Assembly: GCF_037042905.1 (NCBI RefSeq)
Contig: NC_087250.1
Location: forward strand, 9,486,001 to 9,550,000
Direction of reading: 5' to 3'
DNA length: 64,000 nucleotides
From: Lytechinus pictus
Taxonomy: Eukaryota
Shown here: in pieces, positions 53,975-64,000 of the stretch
How the letters are laid out: each line of letters begins with the position of its first letter
Numbering within the stretch: position 1 is the first letter of the stretch
Translations under genes and position numbers: made by a program
Notes under the pieces: generated by a model
Database searches by the model: none
Told to the model about the DNA's origin: nothing
Seen by the model: only the letters and a program-made list of their open reading frames with translations

Positions 53975-54276
53975 AATACATCAGTCACGTACGGCGAGTC
54001 GGAAACAGCCGTTTTATGTAATTTTATTCAAACCACCTATATGTAGCTGATGGTACAAAAAGATGTTAAAACGGCGGTTTTCTACTCGCCGTACGGCGAA
54101 ATGTGACTGACGAATACCTCGGTCACATATGACCTACGGCGGCCGTACGGCAAGTCGAAAACAGCCGTTTTATTCATTTTTATTCAAACGACCTATATGT
54201 AGCTGGTACAACAAATGTTAAAACGGCTGTTTTCGACCCGCCGTACTGCCGCCGTAGAGCAAATGTGACCAAGGTA
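53975..54276. mobile_element. Two tandem hairpin (foldback) MITE copies
   Basis: Each unit has arms CGTACGGC.AGTCG.AAACAGCCGTTTTA / TAAAACGGC.GTTTTC.AC.CGCCGTAC around the core ACCTATATGTAGCTG. Confidence 0.7.
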
Positions 54277-55975
54277 TTAAGTGTTGGAAAAACAGAAGCT
54301 ACCCTTGGGTGTTGTGATAGGCAAGGGGTGGGAGGAGCCGAAAAGGAAATATATATATATTTTTTTACTCTATGCTATATATTTTTTAATTGGTCTTATG
54401 CCAATTCGTCCAATTACCAACTCGTCTACTATCATTTGGTCTCCCACAGGGTATTATTGTCATTTCGTCCAGTCACCATTTCGTCTAATAACCAGTTGGT
54501 CCAATAGCCATGTAATCCATATACCATTTGGTCTAATTGCATTACGTGTTAAATGGGCGAAATTAATTAAAAAATAATGGGTATTAGACCAACTGACAAT
54601 GAGACGAAATGGTCATAGACGAACTGGTGATTATACAAAGTGATTATTGGACCAAATGGTTATTAGACCAAAGGGTTAATGTGAGACGCATTGTTGATGG
54701 ACGGAATGGCAATACACTTAATGAAGTTAGACCATGTAATGAGTGGACGAGTTAACTNNNNNNNNNNNNNNNNNNNNNNNNNNNNNNNNNNNNNNNNNNN
54801 NNNNNNNNNNNNNNNNNNNNNNNNNNNNNNNNNNNNNNNNNNNNNNNNNNNNNNNNNNNNNNNNNNNNNNNNNNNNNNNNNNNNNNNNNNNNNNNNNNNN
54901 NNNNNNNNNNNNNNNNNNNNNCATCAACCTTCTCTACCAACCAGAGCCACCTACCACTATCACTACCACCAGGCACCATCGCCCTCAACATCACACCCTT
55001 CCCCCGATCATGGCCAACCACCAACATCTTAAACCACATTCGTCATCGAAATCAACCAATCATCTCAAATCAAACATAAATCAATATTATTCTACCGATG
55101 TTTTCACAGCTTCCCACCTTACATTTTCCACCATGCCTGTTCCAACTGCGTTCGCGTTCAACAATGCCACGTCAGCAAAGTACAATGTCGTACCTTCGAA
55201 TGAGCTTAGGAGTTTTCCCAGCTGAATAATAGGTTTGGCACCCCCGTGTCCCCAAATATAGATTAATAGAGCTACCGTGGTTGATTAGCTTTCATTCCTG
55301 ACGATACTGTTATCTGGAAGAAGTCTCATCTCGTCTTGATCTCTCAACTGGTGAGTCTTTATTTTTCAGAGCGAGTACGTTTTCACCAAGTAACAAAGTG
55401 AAACATAAGTTGATTAAAAAACTTTACACAAATGCGTGGTTTCATTTAGACTTTCTTTCCTGTATTCAAAATATAACAAAACATCAACATGGAAATCATT
55501 ATTTTATGTGTGAGCTTAGTGTAAATGTTATTATTATTTGATTTGTTATTATTATTGTTAAACGAAAATTTCTGAAAACCTTTTTTTTATTAACTCCAAC
55601 TTTTTTATGAATTGAAAGTTTATTAAGCATTTTTAAGATATCAACAGTCTATTATGCTCATGTTTTCATCATAAATTCACTAAATACAGGATAACTGGCT
55701 TAATAATTGGCTTTAGATAAATAATAGATTCCATGGGTCCCAATGCGCAAAGACTACCGAATTTGTCGATTTTGGAGGTAAACTTGAACCTTTTCAGGAA
55801 TTGTACCACTGAGTGGTACGGAATTTTCATTTGAATAGAAACTTCCACATTTTTATAATTTCATAGTGAAAGTATTACCATTCGTTTTCAATCATTGACT
55901 CCCGCAAAGGAACGCCTTATGACTGGAGCAGAGGATATGTTTTTAACCTGTTTTAAAGTCTTACGTAGATAGTGT

Positions 55976-56400
55976 GGAGCGTCGTGGCCCAGTGGATTAG
56001 TCTCCAGACTTTAAAACAGAGGGTCGTGGGTTCGAATTCCAGCCATGGCGTAATTTTCTTCAGCACGGAATTCATCCACAGTGTGCTGCACTCAACCCTG
56101 GTGGGTGTTTCATAAAGCTGTTCGTAAGATACGAATGACTTTACGCACGACTGGTGATCCTTCCTTGTGCTATGTGATATCCCTATGTAATTGAGTTATG
56201 ACCTAAGAACATGTTCCAGTCGTGCGTAAAGTCGTTCGTAACTTTACGAACAGCTTTATCAAACACTCCCCAGGTGAGGTAAATGGGTACGGCAGGAAGT
56301 AATTCCTAAAAAGCTGTGTGCACCTGAATAGGTAGCCTAGCTTAGCCGGGGTAATATTAATAGCAGTTTTCGGAACTGAAGTGGCTACCCTGGGTAAATT
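55976..56400 (+). mobile_element. tRNA-derived SINE interrupted by a MITE (56100-56271)
   Basis: Same family as 26295-26577, split at CAACCC(T/A)G by the MITE also seen at 6388-6558. Confidence 0.8.
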
Positions 56401-56579
56401 TGCTGTGTTATGCTTGTTGGAATTTTTCCCTTAACATTCAAATCAACTTTTTTGTTGGGGATGGACTTGTCCTTTAAAAATAACTCATGCTTTATAATGA
56501 AAAACAATAATGATCAACGATCAGCGAAATGATGTTAATCAAAATCTAATCAAACCAATACCACATAGGTTTTTCTAAG

Positions 56580-56719
56580 ATGCTTCAAATCGCCGTTCTA
56601 CTTTTGGCTACGGCCTGCGCAAACGCGGGATACTCCGACCCGAACTTTGTTGGCGATCGACAGGTCATAGTTCATCTATTTGAATGGAAATGGACCGACA
56701 TCGCTAGAGAATGCGAAAA
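56580..56719 (+). CDS. Amy: Alpha-amylase (GH13, animal type), coding exon 1
   Basis: Signal peptide MLQIAVLLLATACANA then DPNF..DRQVIVHLFEWKWTDIARECE; donor AA|GTAATC, phase 2. Confidence 0.93.
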
Positions 56720-57249
56720 GTAATCTCCATCTTTAATATCGTTCAGTTATTGGTTTATCCCACATAAGTGCGCAGCTTTCGTAATCTGATTTTACTCCTC
56801 AAATCGGCAACAAAAAATATTTTTTTATGCATTATCCTACTTTACGAAATGATAAAAGAACCAATTTAATGAAAGCTTGCAAATTTGCATTTTTAAACAG
56901 TAATATTGCTGATTTTATCGTCTTGCAAATTTACATGTAGACTGTGGATTAGCACGACTTAAACGAAATTAAGTCGAGTCGCACTATTACACCAGCTTTA
57001 GCTCGAACTGTTGTTTCCAGCATCGTGTGTGCAAGGAAATAATCATGTCGGGTGCCAATCCCCCACAACTGAGTTTAGTGCAGTAAATTTCTTGTTAAGC
57101 ATGTTGAAGGTAAGCACGCAATGGCTGGGACTCGAGCCTAGGATCATCGGATTGAAATACAAGAGTAAAAACCAGTACACCACAAAGCCCAACCTTTCCA
57201 CTGTGGATATCATCTCATCTACAGTACCTTTGTTTCATCCTCTTGACAG

Positions 57250-57479
57250 ATATCTTGGACCGTATGGCTTTGCCGGTGTACAGGTTTCCCCTCCGATGGG
57301 ACATCGGGAGTTTGGAGACGTACCAACTCCCTATCCGTGGTGGCAACGCTACCAGCCCGTAAACTACACGCTCGAGAGTCGTAGCGGCACAGAAGCGGAG
57401 TTTAAGGACATGGTGGCTACATGTAACGAGAATGGGGTTCGAATCTACGTTGATGCTGTCATTAACCACATGGCAGTTG
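57250..57479 (+). CDS. Amy: Alpha-amylase coding exon 2 (3' boundary non-canonical)
   Basis: [15 protein letters not shown]...WWQRYQP...RSG...[13 protein letters not shown]; no canonical phase-1 GT donor, best site G|ATAAGA. Confidence 0.9.
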
Positions 57480-57843
57480 ATAAGAGAATTGTCATGAACT
57501 TTTCTCCTGTTTTGATATTCATATTCGTCTACTTTAGCCCTATCAATATTAGACGTTTATACAAATCAACGATGTATAAAAATCAAAAGGTACTTGGTGA
57601 GAGCAATTTGTTGTTACTCAACATGAAAATACTTTGAGAACAGCAGTTGTCAACATGGGTAATGCGTTTAGGTCGAGCTGGTAGCCACACCATTTTTCTT
57701 GGTCAAGTTTAATGCAGTAACAACGAACAACGCTTGAAGTTCTATTGATGTTCTTGGTGTGAATCATTAAAGTGTTACTAGCACATTGCCATGATTACTG
57801 TTATTTCCTAACTTCTCCCATGTGCCACTATGCGATCGATTAG

Positions 57844-58126
57844 ATGATAGTTACACGTTTGAAGCCGTACCGTACTACCCTCCAAACTTCAACGTACCGA
57901 ACGGAAAGTGCAACACCACGAGCGGAAACATCGAAAGTTACCAAGACGCTCATCAAGTCCGGAAATGCAACTTGGTAGGTCTTTGTGATCTGGACCACTG
58001 CAATTTGGACACCAGGACGAAGGTCCAGGAGTACCTCAACAGAGCCCTGAGCTACGGCGTGACCGGGTTCCGATTCGACGCAGCTAAGCACATGTGCCCT
58101 GGGCAAATCAGCAAGATCCTCAGTGG
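57844..58126 (+). CDS. Amy: Alpha-amylase coding exon 3 (catalytic nucleophile)
   Basis: AVPY...VRKCNLVGLCDL...GVTGFRFDAAKHM; donor GG|GTAAGA; 5' boundary less certain. Confidence 0.93.
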
Positions 58127-58725
58127 GTAAGAACAGTAATTTTCTCACTCCTCTTTTGTCGCTACTTTCATCACTTGCGTGCAAACGATGCGTGTGTGTG
58201 TGTGGGGGGGGGGGGGGCGGGCTTAGAGCAACGGAACCCCCTCAAAAGTATTTTTAACAAGCAAGAAAGAAAAATTAGAAAACGAAAGAAAATTAAAGGA
58301 AAAGGGTGACATAGGATATTATCTATCGAACATTATGTAAAAATCTATAATAAAATTTATTTGGGGGGGGGGATGGGGGTAGGGGGTATTCAAAATGGCC
58401 GAACAATTTGTTTGCACGCTTCGCTCGCTAGTAAGTTTGTAGTTACTTTGTGTCATTCGCCATGTCTCCCCTCCCCCTTCAGATTTGGGGGCACGTTGTT
58501 CCTTCAGCGCCGCCTCCAATAGTACCAACATCAAACATTGGAATAACTACATGAAGGAAGTTCCAGTATTGGTACTTTTTATATATCTTTTCTTTATTCA
58601 TTGAAATCAGTTCATGCTCTGACGTGTCTGACTTGACCATGAAATAAATCAAATCATGCAACGCACACCTTACCTCCTCACTAAAAACTGTGTGCATAGC
58701 CAGTATTTCCCAATTTTGTTTTCAG

Positions 58726-59512
58726 TTTGCAGGATTGCTCGTTTGGAGGTTCCCCCTACCTGTATCAAGAGGTAATTGACCGGGGCGGTGAGCCGATAAA
58801 ATCATCCGACTACACTCATCTCGGAGATGTCACCGAATTCAAATATTGCGGCTACATTGCGGGAATCGCTGACGAATCCTTCGACCTCAGATCTTTGAAG
58901 GATTACGCGACAGAGAGCGGAATGCTTGAATCGTCGTCAGCCTTCGTCTTCGTGGATAACCACGACAACCAGCGGGGCCATGGTGGCGCAGGAAACGAGA
59001 TCCTGTCATTCCAAAAGCCAAAGTTTTACAAAATGGCCGTTGCATTTACTCTCGCAAATAACTACGGTACAGTTAGGATCATGAGCTCGTACAAGTTCAA
59101 TAACACTGATCAAGGACCTCCAAGCAACAGCGGCAAGGACACCCAGTCTCCAGAGTTTAACTCGGATTTAACCTGCAAAGGCAACTGGGTCTGCGAACAT
59201 CGATGGCCAGAGTTCCGCAACATGGTTCACTTCCGCAACTTCGCCGGCACTGCACCCGTAACCTGGACGTACGAGTCAAGTACGTTCATCGCTTTCTCCC
59301 GTGGAAACACGGCCTTCTTTGCTCTGAGCACCGGGGAAAGTCAAGAATGCCGGCAGATTCTGACAAATCTCGATCCGGGCACCTATTGTGATCTGATCAG
59401 CGGTGAAACCTCTGGACAAGTTTGCACGGGGAAGGTTATCACGGTCGATGGTAGTCGCTTTGCCAACATCTGCCTGGGTGGGGAGGATTCCATGGTGGCT
59501 ATAGCTGTCTAA
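58726..59512 (+). CDS. Amy: Alpha-amylase last exon (catalytic Glu/Asp and domain C); about 479 aa in total
   Basis: YQEVID, VTEFKY, FVDNHDNQRGHGG, RIMSSY, WVCEHRW, IAFSRG, GTYCDLISG; chloride ligands R/N/R retained. Confidence 0.96.
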
Positions 59513-62500
59513 GATTGGGACGTTAATTACACATCATCAGGTTGTTGATAGCGCAATAGAATTATTCTAAACACCGGATTAAAGAAAAACGGTAACCACT
59601 TAAATGGAAAGCTTAGCCATTATGTTGAAGTAAAGTATAGTGAAATGAAATCAGCGATAAATGGACCATTTAGTATTGCATATGTAACAACAATAGTTTG
59701 ATTTCAATGTATGTCCTATTAACAATTTAGGAGACCTTTCTTGGTTCTCAGGGGAGGGGGTGGGGATCGAATTTCCCCAGATATTGACAGAAAAAAAAAA
59801 CTAAACATATGTAGGCGACGAATAATATAGAAGAAACTATTATGATGATAACTGGATAGAATATCTCTGAGGTAAATTATCATTTATGATCTCGGAAACT
59901 GCAATAATATAGACTTAGAACAGCGTGAGGCAACGAACGTAGAGGGCGTCAACCCTTTGCAGTTTGAGGATACATACCCCTCCTTCTACCCCACCCCAAT
60001 TCAACCCTGCTATCTACACCCGACTGCTTGATGAACTGCGGAGACCAGAATGACTATTTGACCTACAAACAATATCAAAGAGAATTACTTTGAATTCAGA
60101 TGGAATCAATAAACAATAATTTAGCCGATAAAATACAATTTGTTAGAATAAAGTGACCAATTTGATCACGGACCAGAAAAAAAAGGAGATAAAACCTTAT
60201 TAGAAACCCAAAGCAACAAACACTGATAATGAAAAAAACTTTAACATGATAGATTATGAAATGACAAAATAAGATTTCTTGATGTAAAGTTCTATACTGT
60301 GATCCCGATAAGCATGCTTGCTTCAGAATAATGATAAGCTCTTAATTTAATAGGGTTATGTTTGCCAAAATATGGGATGCTTGAAATATATTTACAATGC
60401 CATTGAAAAGAAAAGTGCTACGGGGTTGTCTATAATTGTCCTGGGGGATTTAACGATTACTTTTATTTGAGAAGTTTTCAAAATAAAGATTGATTATAAA
60501 AGCGAAATCCCCTGTTGTCATGATTCCAATGTAAATTTGATAATGAAATAGATGTTATCATCAGGGCATGGAGATGGGGGGGGGGTGATGATTTTAGAGA
60601 GAAAGGTAGAATGGAATCTATGTGAAAACTGAACGGCAAAAGAAGATACGAATGGGGAAAGAGAGTCATAGAGAGAGAAAGAGAAGGGACGAGAGAGCGA
60701 GTCGAATTTGAAGAGGGAACGAGGGTATAGGGGTGTTTGCGTGTGTGGGTGCGTGCGCATATGGGTATGCGTGACAGAAAGAGAGAGGGGGAGAGGAAGG
60801 GGTGGTAAGTAGGTTATGTGCCTGTGGGGATCCGTTTGAGGGGAGAAAGAGAGGAGGACGAGGGTGTGTACATGTGTGTTTGTACGTGGCAGGGAGGGCG
60901 ACTGAGAGAGAGAGGGGGGAGGGAGTAATGAGGTAAAGAGGGGGGGGGGGGGAGGTAGGTTATGTGCCTGTGGGGATGCGTTTGAGGGGAGGAAGAGAGG
61001 AGGACGAGGGTGTGTAGGGGAGTACATGTGTGTTTGTACGTGGCAGAGAGAGGGGGGGGGGGGAGTAATGAGGTGAAGAGGGGAAGAGAAAGGGGGGGTA
61101 GATACAGTGAGGTGTACGAGAAAACAGTCTTCAGGGTGTATGTGATGTGTTTGTGTATATGCCTTTATTGGGGGAAATGTATTTCCGTTTATTAATTTTC
61201 TATCAAGAAAGTCAAATGAAAAAATTATGAAAAATAAATATGAGAAAGACACTGAAAGACAGAGGGAGAGAACGAAAGACAGGGAGGGGATAAAGAAAGT
61301 GAGGAGTTTGGGAAAAATAAAAAAGAAGGAAGTTTTGTATAGGTATTTATGTGAGGAAGTGATAAAGCGAAATAGAAATGTGGAGTAGGAAGGGAGAGAG
61401 AGAGAGAGCGAAAGCGATAGAAGGAGAAAATGATTCATTAGCATCCGCTTATTGGATGAAAAGGATCAATAAAACATGAATTACAAAAAAAATCCGCTTA
61501 TTGGAAGCTTTTTTTAATCGATCTTGACAAAATCACTCGACATACTTTTCATATCGTTTCAAACATCTATTTGATTCATTGTAGTATTAAAAACAAAAAT
61601 TTCAATATGAAAATCCTACAATTTCATAATAAATCATTATATTCGATGGTCATGTGGTATTTACAAATATATAAAACAAGTAAAAGGACGTATGTTGCAG
61701 AGTGTTGGTAACAATAGGGTGACACGACATTTGCTCCTGCGACAATTGCTCCGGGCTTAATTTCCTCAGAGATGTAGGGTTAGGGTTTGGGTTGCAATGG
61801 GGTTTTATGTGGGGTTTATGGTAGGGTACAAAGTTTAACCCAGTGTTTAAGTTGGTCATTCAATGTGTGGAATTTAGAGTGGAGTAATTGTCGCCGGAGC
61901 GAATGTCAGGTAACCAACAACAAGAATACCTAGCAAACGTTCATATATAATAAACAGGAATTTCAATATAATTCGCCCCAATATTTTAGCATGCATCTCG
62001 TATTTCAGCTTCAAATTTCAGGAAAATTATAGGACGTATTAATTGATCAATATAAAACATGCTTATACTTCTGCACTTAAGGTTGCTATCAATTTTTTAT
62101 TATTACCAAAAATATACAGCTGCTTTAAAAATGTCTCAATATTGATGAAAATGTGGTAGTTAGGTAACAATAAAGAATTATAAAAGAGTGATCTTTTCTT
62201 TTTCGTAGATAGTTTCTATATAAATTATTTATCAATAGAAAAGAAAATATTAAAGTCATCTATCATTATCTAAGTGACTTTATTAAACACATATCTACAT
62301 GTACATACCTTACAGAGCATGGAGAGAGAGAAAGAGCGCGAAAGAGAGAAAGAGGAGGGGGGGGGTGGAGGGGGAGAGAGAAAACAAAGTAACGCCATTA
62401 GAAATGTTTTGTTTTGCTTAACTGCTGCCGTTCAATCATCATTTTGGTGTAAGACTAAAACTAAACTGGTGTCGTTTTGACGCTTCAAAGAAGATTCATA

Positions 62501-62645
62501 TTTCGTGTAAACAGTTTGTATTACACAGTGTTAATTAATGCAAAAATCTGTTATAAAGCCATAGGCAAAATTCAAATGATTAATTAACATCATTAAATAA
62601 CAACAACATCATTTTGAAATTTAATCAAAAAAAATATTGATATAT

Positions 62646-63057
62646 GAAGAGCTCACTTGCAAAAGGGGTTAGGTCCATTTTTCATCAAATTTGATTTTTA
62701 TGTCTCAATGGATAGATTTTTAGTAGCTCTATAAGATGATACCAAAAAAAGTTGAAATTCCTATTAAAAAGTGAACTAAAATGGCAAAGTAAAATCATTT
62801 TTTTTTCCAAAAGTGGTTAGGTCCATTTCAGTTTAGTTTAGTTTAGGTCCACGCATAATTTTTTTGGAAAATAATATCTTTAAAAATATGAAGACAGGTA
62901 GTTTTCTTTTATACCCAATTTTATGTTCACATGATAGGGTAGTACATCATGGCAATTTAGTTTCTCATAAGAATATTGAAATAAGTGAGAATAAAAAACA
63001 TGTTTTTTCTCGGAATGGTCCAAAGTGGACCTAACCCCTTTTGCAACTAAACTCTTC
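62646..63057. mobile_element. MITE with about 30-bp TIRs
   Basis: GAAGAG....TTGCAAAAGGGGTTAGGTCCA / TGGACCTAACCCCTTTTGCAA....CTCTTC flanked by AT/TA sequence. Confidence 0.7.
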
Positions 63058-63422
63058 ATATACATTACCCCGGAAAATATGAAGAGAGATGGCATAGTAA
63101 ATTTAGTACATACAGTTATAAACTAGTGAAAACAACCAATGAATTGTGATTTCATGCTTTGGCATGTTTAGCCCCTTCCATCCCTCTTCTCCAACTTTCG
63201 ATTCAATTTTGGATTGTTCCTTGACTGTGGGAGTGACTTTCAATCTACGAATCTCAGACAGTATCATATCGTTCGGTTTACATGGTTTATAGTCGGTTTA
63301 ACAGGGCTGCAACATCAAAGTGAAAAGTGGAGGAAAAGTAAAGTGTATGTCTTGACTCTTTTTTTTTTTAACTGGACTGTATCCTATTGCATTCGAACAT
63401 AAACACGCGGTAATCTACAGTG

Positions 63423-63629
63423 TTAACAAAAGTAATAGAGGGTCGCCAAACTAGACGTCACAATAGCGGCTATCAGGTTGACACGAACGTTGGTGGCGCT
63501 ATTGCAGACCATTCCGTAGCAGCAGTATCGACAGGTCGTTACAGATCCTACAGTTGTGCATCCTTCAGTGCAGGCATCGCATCCCCTACGATACTTTTTA
63601 TTGCCGTTTGCATCGGTCGAGACCTCTTT
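63423..63629 (-). CDS. Ly6/uPAR protein 2 (paralog of 45829-48193), last exon; upstream exons lie beyond the window
   Basis: ttttaacag|KEVSTDANGNKKYRRGCDACTEGCTTVGSVTTCRYCCYGMVCNSATNVRVNLIAAIVTSSLATLYYFC*; 207 nt, same length and Cys spacing as 45829-46035. Confidence 0.88.
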   Translation of the reverse strand, partial: KEVSTDANGNKKYRRGCDACTEGCTTVGSVTTCRYCCYGMVCNSATNVRVNLIAAIVTSSLATLYYFC

Positions 63630-63687
63630 CTGTTAAAAGTAAATAAATGAATAAATAAATTTCAATTAATAAAACGATATTAATCTA

Positions 63688-63890
63688 GGAGGCACGATAG
63701 CTCAGTCGGTAGAGCGGGGGGTTTGGTATTCCGCTGACCCGGGTTCGATTCCCAATTGGTGCGCTAGTGCCTTTTGGTAAGGCATTTAAATCCTGATTAC
63801 CAGGTCCCTTAAGATGTCGGTCCTCTGGTCGCTTGCTAACAAGCACTCATGTTTTCTTATCAAGCAGATACAAAATCACCACCATTTACC
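63688..63890 (+). mobile_element. tRNA-derived SINE (second family) in the intron of Ly6 gene 2
   Basis: A box TAGCTCAGTCGG, B box GGTTCGATTCC, followed by a SINE-like GTGCCTTTTGGTAAGGCA body. Confidence 0.6.
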
Positions 63891-64000
63891 ACTTGTGTCC
63901 ACCTCCTACTGACACTCAGAAAGCTGTATATGTATTATAGGTTTCACACCTGTAATTATTTCCCCGTAGACATGCGTGTTAATATAACAATTAAAAACAA

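Noticed and set aside
54922-55225. Open frame following the N gap
   Set aside because: His/Ser/Thr low-complexity, no recognisable motif or supported splice structure.
57011-57249. N-terminal extension of the 208-aa amylase ORF and its hydrophobic C-terminal run to 57637
   Set aside because: Intronic read-through; the first part overlaps an antisense SINE-like repeat, and the true N-terminus is at 56580.
60518-61444. 308-aa ORF on the minus strand
   Set aside because: Low-complexity purine/pyrimidine tract with an internal duplication; no coding signature.

Overview
AT-rich, intron- and repeat-rich animal genomic DNA; the SINE/MITE repertoire and gene style suggest an invertebrate deuterostome such as a sea urchin (inference). 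There are four N gaps of about 150 bp. Spliced genes assembled by hand from splice sites and intron phases: (1) the 5' part of an SH3-PX-BAR sorting nexin (SNX9/18/33, lst-4/SH3PX1 family) on the minus strand, ATG at 28538, 21-kb first intron, running off the left edge; (2) a head-to-head pair of paralogous four-exon genes encoding small Shisa-like (C..C..CC..CC + TM) membrane proteins, 31352-35526 (-) and 38289-42722 (+); (3) a GPI-type Ly6/uPAR three-finger (quiver/sleepless-like) gene, 45829-48193 (-), plus the last exon of a tandem paralog at 63423-63629 (-); (4) a chloride-dependent animal alpha-amylase, 56580-59512 (+), lying between the two Ly6 paralogs. The rest is MITEs (Harbinger-like and Kolobok-like), tRNA-derived SINEs, an R4/Dong-type RLE retrotransposon fragment, an L2-like 3' fragment and tandem repeats. 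Most notable observations: the uncharacterised Shisa-like pair with conserved cytoplasmic Cys and FW motifs, an apparent ATG>ATA start loss in one copy, an approximately 860-nt AG-free zone with a candidate distant branch point in the sorting nexin, a duplicated decoy splice acceptor, and a non-canonical amylase splice junction. No CRISPR array, rRNA or bona fide tRNA was seen.
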